Shown one piece after another: positions 1-8,652 of a stretch of DNA of 31,657 bases (position 1 is its first letter; each line of letters begins with the position of its first letter). The stretch comes from Myxococcota bacterium (lineage in GTDB: Bacteria > Myxococcota > JACRCW01): NCBI GenBank assembly GCA_040752415.1, contig JBFMGU010000121.1, positions 1 through 31,657 of the forward strand, read 5' to 3'. The translations under genes and the position numbers were made by a program. The notes beneath the pieces were generated by a model. That model ran no database searches, was not told the origin of the DNA, and was given only the letters and a program-made list of their open reading frames with translations.

Positions 1-122
1 AAGGAAATGCCTAGCCCGGGGGCAAGAAGTGAATCAACGCGTCCAAGAAGAATGCGCCCCGGTTGCGCAAGTGGCGTCGGGGTAACGGTGTGACACCGTC
101 GGCCCGGGCTAGGCATTTCCTT
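1..122. repeat. Palindromic element with 20-bp perfect terminal inverted repeats (may extend beyond window start)
   Basis: aaggaaatgcctagcccggg (1-20) is the exact reverse complement of cccgggctaggcatttcctt (103-122); internal palindrome acggtgt-g-acaccgt (85-99). Confidence 0.85.
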
Positions 123-235
123 CCACTTTGGCCACCTCCACGACGTGGAAAAGCCTAGCCCCTCCGGCTGCGGCGTCGGCTCACGCCCTGGATACCAGCT
201 GGATACCACCGGCGTGACTGCTCCGGGGACACTAC

Positions 236-292
236 CGTGACGACGTCAGGTGACCAGGTAGTAGTAACAGGCGAGCCACCTGCGTCGTCACG
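236..292. other. Stem-loop just downstream of the minus-strand gene 301-783 (terminator-like or REP-like)
   Basis: cgtgacgacg(t)caggtg (236-252) pairs with cacctgcgtcgtcacg (277-292) with one bulge; no U-tract. Confidence 0.5.
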
Positions 293-300
293 CGGCGTGA

Positions 301-783
301 TCACTTCCCGGCCGGCACCACCGCGGCCTCACCCATCACCGGCACCGGCGTGCCCATCAGCGCGTGCGGCGCCACCTTGCCCATGAGCTCCCCCGACGCG
401 GCACGGCCGCGACCGAAGTGCACGGTCAGTCCCGCCGCACCCAGCAGCACCACCAGCGCGGAGCCCACCAGCGTGGCCAGGCGGCGCATCCGTCGACGCA
501 CGCGCTCCAGTCCGCGCGGACAATCCTGCGTGATCACCGTGCCATCCTTCCGACGGTACAACCGCACGCACACCCGTCCCTCGGTCCGCTCCAGCAGCGC
601 CTCCGCGTCCTGCGTGGTCATGGCGGAGAGGTTGTAGACGTTGAGGTGGCACAGGTCGCAGTGGCGCACGCGGTCATCACCGCGCATCTGGTTCCAGTCC
701 GCCTCACACGGCGTGGCAACCTGGAGCTGCTGCAGCCGGGAGGGACGGACGGGGAGGGGGCTGACCGGCGTGGAGGGCGTCAT
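301..783 (-). CDS. Hypothetical single-pass membrane protein with Cys-rich N-terminal domain
   Basis: PCEADWNQMRGDDRVRHCDLCHLNVYNLSAM...CVRLYRRKDGTVITQDCP resembles a conserved uncharacterised N-terminal module; one hydrophobic helix (LATLVGSALVVLLGAAGLTV); C-terminal MG repeats. Confidence 0.8.
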   Translation of the reverse strand: MTPSTPVSPLPVRPSRLQQLQVATPCEADWNQMRGDDRVRHCDLCHLNVYNLSAMTTQDAEALLERTEGRVCVRLYRRKDGTVITQDCPRGLERVRRRMRRLATLVGSALVVLLGAAGLTVHFGRGRAASGELMGKVAPHALMGTPVPVMGEAAVVPAGK

Positions 784-965
784 GTTCCCGTGAAACGGAT
801 GGGACGCAAGAAGGTTCTTCCCGCTTCACTGGTGACACCCGTTCAGGTGGGACGCGCGGGCGGTGCGTGGGCGGCGACGTGCGCTCCAGCTCGTGTCGGC
901 GGAGAAGGCGGGCTAGGCGCCATCCGCACGACGTGCTACCCGCGCGGCACCATCCGGAGACCCCC

Positions 966-1748
966 ATGTCCAAGCGTTCCCTCCTCATCCCCGTCCTCCT
1001 CGCCGTGGGATGCGCCAAGACACCGTCGTCCACGCCCGCGCCCACGACGTCCCCGGCGCCCTCATCCGCTCCCGCTCCGGTTGCCGCCGCGCTGCCGCAG
1101 GCGCCCCCGCCCGCCGACATGCCGCCTCCGTCGGCGGGGCCGTTGAAGGGACCCATCCTCGAGAAGATCGACGCGGCCGGTTACTCCTACCTGCGTCTGG
1201 GCACGCCGGCGGGCGACGCGTGGGCCGCGGTGCCCCAGACCCCGCACGCGGTGGGCACGGTGGTGGAGGTGGTGGACTCCATGCGCATGGACGGCTTCGA
1301 GAGCAAGACGCTGAACCGTCGCTTCGAGAAGCTGGTGTTCGGCAAGCTGGGCGGAATCACCCCCGCCACGACGACGGCGGCCCCCGCACCCGCCCCGGCG
1401 GCAGCTCCCGCGCCGGCCCCCGCGGCGGCGGCCCCGGCCCCCGCTGGCAACCTGCGCACGGTGGCGGACATCTTCGCGCAGCGCGCCACGCTGAAGGACA
1501 CCACGGTGACCCTGCGCGGCAAGGTGGTGAAGAGCACGGCGGGGGTGATGAACCGCACCTGGCTGCACATCCAGGACGGCTCTGGCTCGTCGGTGAAGAT
1601 GGACAATGACATCACCGTCACCACGCAGGACTCCGCCGCCATCGGCGACGAGGTGGTGGTGCAGGGCAAGGTCAGCCTCGATCGCGACTTTGGTGCCGGC
1701 TACAAGTACGGCGTGATCATCGAGGAGGCCACGGTGAAGAAGCAGTGA
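966..1748 (+). CDS. Lipoprotein with two OB-fold-like domains (NrfJ-like / nucleic-acid-binding OB-fold family)
   Basis: ATG 966 after ggaga; lipobox LLAVGC; Pro/Ala linkers; domain 1 ILEKIDAAGYSYL...WAAVP...FESKTLNRRFEKLVFG; domain 2 LRGKVVK...MNRTWLHIQDGSG...DRDFGAGYKY. Confidence 0.8.
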   Translation: MSKRSLLIPVLLAVGCAKTPSSTPAPTTSPAPSSAPAPVAAALPQAPPPADMPPPSAGPLKGPILEKIDAAGYSYLRLGTPAGDAWAAVPQTPHAVGTVVEVVDSMRMDGFESKTLNRRFEKLVFGKLGGITPATTTAAPAPAPAAAPAPAPAAAAPAPAGNLRTVADIFAQRATLKDTTVTLRGKVVKSTAGVMNRTWLHIQDGSGSSVKMDNDITVTTQDSAAIGDEVVVQGKVSLDRDFGAGYKYGVIIEEATVKKQ

Positions 1749-1795
1749 AGGCATCCATCTTGACAACGTGGGCACGGACGCGCTCCGCTGCCGCC

Positions 1796-2245
1796 ATGAC
1801 GGAGTGGATGCGCTGGACGGTGGTGGTGGGCGCGCTGGTGGTGAGCACGGCGTGCGTGCGCACCGCCTATGATTACGACGGCAACTACAACGGCGACCTG
1901 GTCCGCCGCTACGAGAGCAGCCTGGTTTCCGACGAGGACACCGAGACGGTGGACCAGGGGGTCAGCGCGGTGGACAGCAACACGCTGCGCGTGGAGTTCG
2001 AGTCGTGCCCCCTGGAGTTCAAGGAGGAGGACCCGGAGACCAGCTCGCGCTCGGCGCGTTACGAGCTGACGCCGCGTTCCTGCACGCGGGATGACCAACG
2101 CCATGAATTCAAGGACGGCTTCCTGCGCGTCAACAGCGACGGCGAGCTGGACTACGAGGTCACCGGCAACTTCACCGACGACCGCGTCCTCACCCTGATG
2201 CCCAGCGGCACGTTCCGTTGGACCTTCTCCGGCAAGCGCCGCTGA
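1796..2245 (+). CDS. Hypothetical lipoprotein (beta-rich)
   Basis: Signal peptide with lipobox VSTAC; strong GC3 bias; start at 1796 or 1808. Confidence 0.7.
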   Translation: MTEWMRWTVVVGALVVSTACVRTAYDYDGNYNGDLVRRYESSLVSDEDTETVDQGVSAVDSNTLRVEFESCPLEFKEEDPETSSRSARYELTPRSCTRDDQRHEFKDGFLRVNSDGELDYEVTGNFTDDRVLTLMPSGTFRWTFSGKRR

Positions 2246-2340
2246 GCGGAACGGGCCGGCTGGGGTAGCAGGCGCGCACTGCCGTGCTCCGTCGTCACGG
2301 ACCGGGCCTAGCAGGCGGAGAGGAGCATCTGCGGGGTGGG

Positions 2341-2964
2341 TCAATACGCGAGGCCGATGCGCACCTTGTGGTGGGGCTCGTCGGAGATTTCGCGCAGGAG
2401 GAAGTGCACCACGTCCTCCACGCTGATGCTCTGCGCGCGCTCCAACGTGGCTTCCACCGCCACGCGGTACTTCCCGGTGGTGGCGCCGCGCGGCATGAAC
2501 GGTGGGCAGACCATGACCCAGTCCAGCCCACTGTCGCGCAGCTGCTCGTAGGCGTCCTTCTGGTCGGCGTAGACGAACTGCAGGAACGGCGGGAGGTTCA
2601 CCTCACCCTGCAGCTTTCCCGACGGGTGCGGCAACAAACCGATGTTCCCCATGCACAGGATGCGCGGCACCTGGTACTGCCGCATGGCGGCGACAATGCG
2701 CTTGGCCGCGTCGCTGTGCACCGAGTGCGGGCGGGAGATGTCCTTGGGGCCCAGCGCGCACACCACCAGCTCCTGGCCGCGCACCGCCTCGCGCACCATG
2801 TTGTCGTCGCCCACGCTGCCGCCGCAGACCTTGAGGTTCTTGTGCTTGAGGCGGACGCTGAGCGCGTTGCGGGTGAAGGCGGTGACGTGGTGCCCGCGCT
2901 TGAGCGCCCCCTCCACGAACTGGCTGCCAACGCGCCCGGTGGCGCCGAACACCACGATCTTCAT
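2341..2964 (-). CDS. NAD(P)H-binding protein (atypical SDR, flavin reductase/BVR-B-like)
   Basis: MKIVVFGATGRVG Rossmann motif; GHHVTAFTR; SGLDWVMVCPP; ISVEDVVHFL. Confidence 0.9.
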   Translation of the reverse strand: MKIVVFGATGRVGSQFVEGALKRGHHVTAFTRNALSVRLKHKNLKVCGGSVGDDNMVREAVRGQELVVCALGPKDISRPHSVHSDAAKRIVAAMRQYQVPRILCMGNIGLLPHPSGKLQGEVNLPPFLQFVYADQKDAYEQLRDSGLDWVMVCPPFMPRGATTGKYRVAVEATLERAQSISVEDVVHFLLREISDEPHHKVRIGLAY

Positions 2965-3084
2965 GCGCCCCACCGACTAGCACGCGCGGGGTCACGCCGT
3001 CAGTGGGACTGCCCACGCCCCCGGCCGTGCATCCTCCGCGTCGGGTTTCGGGGAGCGCGGCGGGACGTGTTATGGGCCCCGCGA

Positions 3085-5163
3085 ATGCAGCGCACCACCC
3101 CTCCGCCCGAGCAATCCCCACCGTTGGCGGAAGCCAGGTACCGCGCGGACATTGATGGCCTGCGCGCGGTGGCGGTGCTGGGCGTGGTGGGCTTCCACGC
3201 CTTTCCGGGGTGGGTGCAGGGTGGCTACGTTGGCGTCGACGTCTTCTTTGTCATCTCCGGCTATCTCATCTCCACCATCATCCTGGGCGGCCTGCGCGCC
3301 GGGACCTTCAGCTTCGCCACGTTCTACGCGCGCCGCATCAAGCGCATCTTCCCCGCGCTGCTGCTGGTGCTGTGTGCCTGCCTGGCGTTCTCCTGGTTCG
3401 CGCTTTTCACCGACGAGTACCGGCAGCTGGGAAAACACGTGGCGGGCGGCGCGGGCTTCGTGGCCAACCTCATCCTGCGGAATGAGGCGGGCTACTTCGA
3501 CAACGCGGCCGACACCAAGCCGCTGATGCACCTGTGGTCGCTGGGCATCGAGGAGCAGTTCTATTTCATCTGGCCGCTGCTGCTCTTCCTGGCGTGGCGT
3601 CGCGGCCTCCATCCGCTGGTGATGGTCCTCGCCGTCGCGGCGGTCTCCTTCGCCTTGAACATCCGCGGCGTGGGCCGCGACGCGGTGGGAACCTTCTATT
3701 CCCCGCAGACGCGCTTCTGGGAGCTGCTGGTGGGCGCGGTGCTGGCCCAGGTCACGCTGCAGCACGCGAACGTGGCGCAGCCTCCGGGACGACAGTCGCT
3801 GGGGGACCTGTGGGGCCCGTCCCCCGACGAGAGGCTGGGCAACCTCAAGTCCGTGCTGGGCTGCTCCCTGATCGCCGCGGGGATGCTCCTGCTCACCAGG
3901 GCGCGCGCGTTTCCGGGTGGGTGGGCGTTGCTCCCGACGCTGGGGGCCTTCTTCGTGATCAGCGCGGGGCCGCGGGCGTGGTTGAACCGCGTGGTGCTCT
4001 CCCATCCGCTCATGGTGTGGGTGGGGCTGATCAGCTTCCCGCTCTACCTGTGGCATTGGCCATTGCTTTCGCTGGCGCACATCATCGTGCCGTCCAAGCC
4101 GTCCGTCGCGCTGCGGCTCGGCGCCATCCTGGCCAGCTTCATCCTGGCGTGGTTGACCTATCGGCTCCTGGAGCAGCCCATCCGTCACGGCGGGCGCGGC
4201 GGGGCCAAGGTGGCGGTGTTGTGCACGCTGATGTTGCTGGTGGGTGGCGCGGGATATGCCGCCTATCACCAGGACGGAGTGCCCACGCGCGAGATTGTGA
4301 CGCTGAATCCCAGCGCCAAGTCCCTGGTGCTGGGCGCGGGCGAGGAGCTGGTGGAGCAGGCCTGCGGCGTTTCCGACGAGGAACGCAAGGTGCTGCAGTC
4401 CTGCTACCGCAGCAGGGGTGGAGCGCCGCGTTACGCGTTGTGGGGCGACAGCAAGGCGCACGCACTCTTCTGGGGCCTGGTGCGGGAGTCCACCGACGAG
4501 CAACGCTGGCTGTTCCTGGGCAACATGGTCCCGGTGGTGAGCACGGCCAGCCTCTACCAGAAGGACGCCGAGGCCACGCGCGTGGCGATGAAGACGTTGC
4601 TGGCCCATCCCGACCTCGAGGTGGTGGTGCTGGCCACGGCCATCCGCGCGCTCTTCAGCCTCGCCGGCGACGAGCACGTGGAGGACCTGGAGCAGAGCCC
4701 GAACCTGCAGACCGCGTTCCAGGGGCTGAGTGAATCCATCCGTCAATTGCTGGCCGCGGGGAAAGCCGTGGTGTTCGTCATCGACAACCCCACGTTCCCG
4801 GATCCGCGCCGCTGCCTGACGGGAAGAATCACCGCCATCCCCGCCGTCAACCGTTTCCTGGGTCACGAGGAGAACCCGCGCTGCGCCATGACCTACGAGG
4901 GGCACCTGGCGCTCACGCGGAAGTACCGCGAGCTGGTGACGATGCTGCAGACCGCGCATCCCAGGTTGACGGTCTACGACCCCACGCCCCTGCTCTGCGA
5001 CGTGAAGGCGAACCTGTGCCGGGCCATTGTGCAGGGCACTTCCCTGTATTCCTACACCGACCACATCTCCGACGTGTCCAACACGAGGATCGCGCGGGAG
5101 CTGTTGCCGCTCCTGGACTCGGTTTCTCGTCGGGCGGAGCCCCGCGCGGCGGCGGTTCCCTGA
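3085..5163 (+). CDS. Acyltransferase-3 + SGNH domain O-acetyltransferase (OafA/OatA-like)
   Basis: YRADIDGLRAVAV, GVDVFFVISGYLI, RRIKRIFP, HLWSLGIEEQFY, ISFPLYLWHWP; C-terminal WGDS..H domain. Start reassigned from 2284. Confidence 0.92.
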   Translation: MQRTTPPPEQSPPLAEARYRADIDGLRAVAVLGVVGFHAFPGWVQGGYVGVDVFFVISGYLISTIILGGLRAGTFSFATFYARRIKRIFPALLLVLCACLAFSWFALFTDEYRQLGKHVAGGAGFVANLILRNEAGYFDNAADTKPLMHLWSLGIEEQFYFIWPLLLFLAWRRGLHPLVMVLAVAAVSFALNIRGVGRDAVGTFYSPQTRFWELLVGAVLAQVTLQHANVAQPPGRQSLGDLWGPSPDERLGNLKSVLGCSLIAAGMLLLTRARAFPGGWALLPTLGAFFVISAGPRAWLNRVVLSHPLMVWVGLISFPLYLWHWPLLSLAHIIVPSKPSVALRLGAILASFILAWLTYRLLEQPIRHGGRGGAKVAVLCTLMLLVGGAGYAAYHQDGVPTREIVTLNPSAKSLVLGAGEELVEQACGVSDEERKVLQSCYRSRGGAPRYALWGDSKAHALFWGLVRESTDEQRWLFLGNMVPVVSTASLYQKDAEATRVAMKTLLAHPDLEVVVLATAIRALFSLAGDEHVEDLEQSPNLQTAFQGLSESIRQLLAAGKAVVFVIDNPTFPDPRRCLTGRITAIPAVNRFLGHEENPRCAMTYEGHLALTRKYRELVTMLQTAHPRLTVYDPTPLLCDVKANLCRAIVQGTSLYSYTDHISDVSNTRIARELLPLLDSVSRRAEPRAAAVP

Positions 5164-5178
5164 CAGGCGCGTGCCGAA

Positions 5179-6264
5179 TCACGCTGGTTGCGGCTGGCGT
5201 GTGCCGAGCAATGAAACCAGTTTGGCGGAATCCTTCCGCGCCATGCGGGTGAACATCAGGCGCAGGGGCACCCCGATGATCCGGGTCTTCAGCGACTGCT
5301 CCCGGAAGCGCACCAGCCAGCGGACGCGGGTGCGAGCTCCGTCGTCAATCGGCTCGAAGGTCATGGTCAGCATCATGGCTGGCATGGGGCCGGAGGCCTC
5401 CCCGTCGAAGGTCACGCTGTGCCACGGCCGCCACGCGATGATGCGCATCTCCTTGGTGCTCTCGCCGTGCGCGCAGTGCACCGCGCTGCCCAGCCCCTTG
5501 CGGCCCTGGGCGGTGGGCTTCACCGACCACGCGTCCAGCGACTGCCACTGCGTGGCCTTGTCGTCGTCAATGCACCAGGCCCAGGCCTCCTGGGGAGACA
5601 GCGGCACCTCAAAGCAGGTGACCGCGTTGGCTGTCTCCGCCGTGATGTCCCGGGCGCCGGACTGCTGCAGCTCGGCGAACGCGGCGTGCAGACAGCGCAC
5701 CCCGCAGCGCACCTCGCCCAGGTGCTCGTAGCTCTCCACGTGGTCCATCCATTCCAGCGTGCCCATGCGCTCGCGCGCGGCTTGCGTGGCCAGGATGTAT
5801 GCGCGCTTGCCCAGCTTCTCCGGCACCTCGTTCTTGAGCAGGCGGTGCACCAGGATGACGTCGGAGCCCTCGAGATCGTCGTGGCCGGCGAGGTCATGCA
5901 CCAGGTACTCCCCGAAATGGATCATGAACTTGAGGTCCATGCGCGGCGCGCTCTGGCAGGCCTTGCACGTGCAGGTGGTGCTGCGCTCGACGTTGAACAG
6001 CTGCATGCGGAACGCGTGGTAGATGTCCTCCAGCGTGCCCACCAGCGCGGCTCCGTCGGGAAGCTCCTCGGCGGGTGCGTAGGCAAACACCGCATCTCCT
6101 TCCAGCTTGACCACCCGCACCGGCGCACGCAGGCCGGAGATGATGCCGCGCATGAGGTCCTTGAGGATGTCGTGCGCGTGCTCGAGCTCGCTGCCGGTGA
6201 GGAACGCGGTGTAGCCGCTGATGTCGGCGAGCAGGAGCCAGCCGGTGCCGCGTCTGTTGGCCAT
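5179..6264 (-). CDS. DUF2652 (nucleotide-cyclase-like) domain fused to SRPBCC/START domain
   Basis: LADISGYTAFL, KLEGDAVF, CTCKAC, LKFMIHFGE, VILVHRLLKN; C-terminal PLSPQEAWAW...GLGSAVHCAHG...IIAWRPW...TFEPIDDGARTRV. RBS gggagg before ATG 6264. Confidence 0.85.
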   Translation of the reverse strand: MANRRGTGWLLLADISGYTAFLTGSELEHAHDILKDLMRGIISGLRAPVRVVKLEGDAVFAYAPAEELPDGAALVGTLEDIYHAFRMQLFNVERSTTCTCKACQSAPRMDLKFMIHFGEYLVHDLAGHDDLEGSDVILVHRLLKNEVPEKLGKRAYILATQAARERMGTLEWMDHVESYEHLGEVRCGVRCLHAAFAELQQSGARDITAETANAVTCFEVPLSPQEAWAWCIDDDKATQWQSLDAWSVKPTAQGRKGLGSAVHCAHGESTKEMRIIAWRPWHSVTFDGEASGPMPAMMLTMTFEPIDDGARTRVRWLVRFREQSLKTRIIGVPLRLMFTRMARKDSAKLVSLLGTRQPQPA

Positions 6265-6410
6265 GAGGAACCCTCCCGTCTGCGTCGGAACGATAGGGCA
6301 GGTGCCCGGCATGACGTCCAGCGCTGCGCGGAGGCGCACCTCCCGGAGGCGCTACGAGCGCCCGATTGTCCTCGCGACTTCGTCCTCGGCTTCTCTTGCC
6401 ACGAACGAGC

Positions 6411-6619
6411 CGGCGCGTTCCCAAAGGCGTGGGGTTGGGGCGTGACGGGTGGTCACCGCTGGAAACGCGGTTGCGCCCGGAGGGGAGCCTCTCGGCGGGT
6501 TCTCAATCATGATACCTCGCGCGGTAACAAGGCTGAAGACCCCTGCGGAGGCCACCGGTCCTCGGTCTTCCGACGTCACCCCCGTCACACCCCAACCCCA
6601 CGCCTTTTGGGGCGCGCCG
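6411..6619. repeat. Repeat element A, copy 1 (~30-bp terminal inverted repeats; MITE/REPIN-like)
   Basis: cccaaaggcgtggggttggggcgtgacggg (6420-6449) pairs with cccgtcacaccccaaccccacgccttttggg (6581-6611); outer cggcgcg/cgcgccg; internal hairpins. Confidence 0.9.
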
Positions 6620-6670
6620 ATGACGCGAGCAGACCACCGAGAGCGGTGAACGCCGTCAACAGGTGGTCCG

Positions 6671-6826
6671 TTACAGCGGTTCCCCGGTGGAGTTGACCGT
6701 GGCGGAGGTGAACCTGGCACCTGCGAAGCGATGGTTCTTGGCCCCGGAATCGCAGCCATTCTTGTCTGCGATTCCGCGGCCAAGGGCCATCACTTCCCCG
6801 GCCAATCTGACTGGGAACCGCTGTAA
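6671..6826. repeat. Palindromic element B (14-bp terminal IR enclosing a long hairpin)
   Basis: ttacagcggttccc (6671-6684) / gggaaccgctgtaa (6813-6826) perfect IR; internal ~30-bp stem 6725-6755 / 6766-6796. Confidence 0.85.
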
Positions 6827-6850
6827 GCACCGCTTTCGTCACGACGGAAC

Positions 6851-7059
6851 CGGCGAGTTCCCAAAGGCGTGGGGTTGGGGCGTGACGGGTGGTCACCACT
6901 GGAAACGCGGTTGCGCCCGGAGGGGAGCCTCTCGGCGGGTCCTCAATCATGATACCTAGTGCGGTAACATGTCTGAACGCCCCCGCGGAGGCCACCGGTC
7001 CCTCGGTCTTCCGACGTCACCCCCGTCACACCCCAACCCCACGCCTTTGGGGCGCGCGG
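6851..7059. repeat. Repeat element A, copy 2 (direct repeat of 6411-6619, offset 440 bp)
   Basis: Near-identical to copy 1; arms at 6860-6889 and 7022-7051. Confidence 0.9.
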
Positions 7060-7103
7060 ATGACACGTGAGACCCGTACCGCGCGCCTTCTCCGACGCGA
7101 CCG

Positions 7104-7958
7104 TCACGCCAGGCCGCACACCGAGAGGCTGAGGTCCCACAGGCCGGCGGCCAGCTTGTCGTCGCGGGCTCGCGCGTTGGTACGCGCCACCCTGCGGTCA
7201 TGGAAGTACCCGCCGTTGTGGCGCGCTGCCTCCGCGCTGGTGGCCAGCCAGATGAGCGTCTCCGCGCCCTTCTCCGGGGAGCGTGCCACCAGCTTGCCAA
7301 CCACCTTGACCAACGGCGCCAGCATCCCGCCGTTGTTCTGCCCGAACTCCGTGCTCACGAAGCCGGGATGGAAACAGTTGACCGTCACCGTGCCGCCGAG
7401 GCGTCGCGCCAGCTCCCGCGTGAAGAGGATGTTGGCCAGCTTGGAGTCGCCGTAGGCGGTGAAGCCCGCGGAGCGGTCCGGTCGACGTGCCACCGTGGCC
7501 AGCTCCAACCTGCCGACCTGGTGCGCACCGCTGGAGGTGTTCACCACCCGGGAGCCGGGCGTGGCCTCGAGCACGTGGGAGAGCAGGTGGGTGAGCAGGA
7601 AGTAGCCCACGTGGTTCAGCGCAAAGGTCATCTCCAGCCCGTCCACGCTGGTGCGATGGTCCATGAACACCGCGCCAGCGTTGTTCACCAGCACGTCCAG
7701 CTTCGGTCGGCGCGCCTTGAACGCTTCCGCCACGGCCCGGATGTCCTGGATGCTGGAGAGATCGCCGAGCAGGAAGTCCACGTTGGCGTTGCCGCTGGCG
7801 CTCTTCAGCTCGCTGAGCACGCGCTCGGTCTTCTCGCGGTTGCGCCCCACGATGGTCAGCGTGGCGCCCCGACGGGCGAAGTCCATGGCGGCGGCCTTGC
7901 CGATTCCCTCGGTGGCGCCGGTGACGAGGAAAACCTTGCCTTGCAGGTCCTGGGTCAT
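7104..7958 (-). CDS. SDR family oxidoreductase (retinol dehydrogenase-like)
   Basis: VTGATEGIG, LVNNAG, NTSSGAH, YGDSKLAN (YxxxK), HPGFVST; RBS aaggag before ATG 7958. Confidence 0.93.
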   Translation of the reverse strand: MTQDLQGKVFLVTGATEGIGKAAAMDFARRGATLTIVGRNREKTERVLSELKSASGNANVDFLLGDLSSIQDIRAVAEAFKARRPKLDVLVNNAGAVFMDHRTSVDGLEMTFALNHVGYFLLTHLLSHVLEATPGSRVVNTSSGAHQVGRLELATVARRPDRSAGFTAYGDSKLANILFTRELARRLGGTVTVNCFHPGFVSTEFGQNNGGMLAPLVKVVGKLVARSPEKGAETLIWLATSAEAARHNGGYFHDRRVARTNARARDDKLAAGLWDLSLSVCGLA

Positions 7959-8062
7959 GCGGTCTCCTTGGCGTGGCGGTTGGGGTGAAGTGAAAACGCC
8001 ACGTTGGATGCCGCGGTCGGGCCCACGTTTCCAGAAACAAGATGAAGAAAGATGAAGCAGCG

Positions 8063-8446
8063 TCATTCCATCTGGAGGAGCTCCCGACACTCCTGCTCCC
8101 GGTTGGCCCCCGCGCCTGTGGTGCCGAACCCGCCGCCCTCATACATGCAACAGCCCTGACCGCCCCGGGTGTGCTGCGTTGCGTAGATGATGCAGCAACT
8201 GCCCCCGGAGCGCTCATTGCAGGACGTTTCCGTGTTGCACTGGTTGACCCCTCCCTCCCGACGACAACACGGGTCCTCCCCGTCGGCCACCAGCGCGGTG
8301 TTGTATTCCAGCAGGCAAGCCCGCGTGTCACCGGTGAGGCCCTGGGTGGCGCGGGCAAGCTCCAGCTCGGGATCGGACGCGTTGCAGGACAACATCGTTC
8401 CCACCAGCAACATCACGGCCAGCCACCACGTTGAACGTTGCGCCAT
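8063..8446 (-). CDS. Small Cys-rich lipoprotein
   Basis: RBS aggagg; lipobox MLSC; 10 further Cys including three CC pairs. Confidence 0.75.
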   Translation of the reverse strand: MAQRSTWWLAVMLLVGTMLSCNASDPELELARATQGLTGDTRACLLEYNTALVADGEDPCCRREGGVNQCNTETSCNERSGGSCCIIYATQHTRGGQGCCMYEGGGFGTTGAGANREQECRELLQME

Positions 8447-8652
8447 CTCCCATCCTCCTGTTGGTCCGCAGAATCGCGTAGCGCGAAGCGCGGGGGAACC
8501 AACCGGAACATCGCTCCGCACCATGTCCGCGTTGCAGGGCGCCTGCGCAGCTCGTGCAAGCGCGCCTGCTCAACTTGAGCAGCCAGGACGGTCCAGCGCC
8601 ATCGCCGCGCGCAAAACGTCCCGGTTCTCCTCGAGCAATCGCGCAAATGCGG

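Noticed and set aside
1375..1445. gcccc-type tandem repeats
   Set aside because: Encode a Pro/Ala linker in the lipoprotein, not an independent element.
2284..3084. N-terminal extension of the 959-aa ORF
   Set aside because: Antisense to the NAD(P)H-binding gene; acyltransferase homology starts after 3085.
6411..7059. CRISPR array or integron attC sites
   Set aside because: Arms alternate in orientation, the interiors are duplicated rather than unique spacers, and no cas genes are present; GTT/AAC order and lengths do not fit attC and there is no integrase.
6352..7455. ORFs across the repeat region (6352-6783, 6449-6649, 6585-6995, 6663-6959, 6889-7455)
   Set aside because: Translations simply mirror the DNA repeats; no RBS, codon bias or protein motifs.
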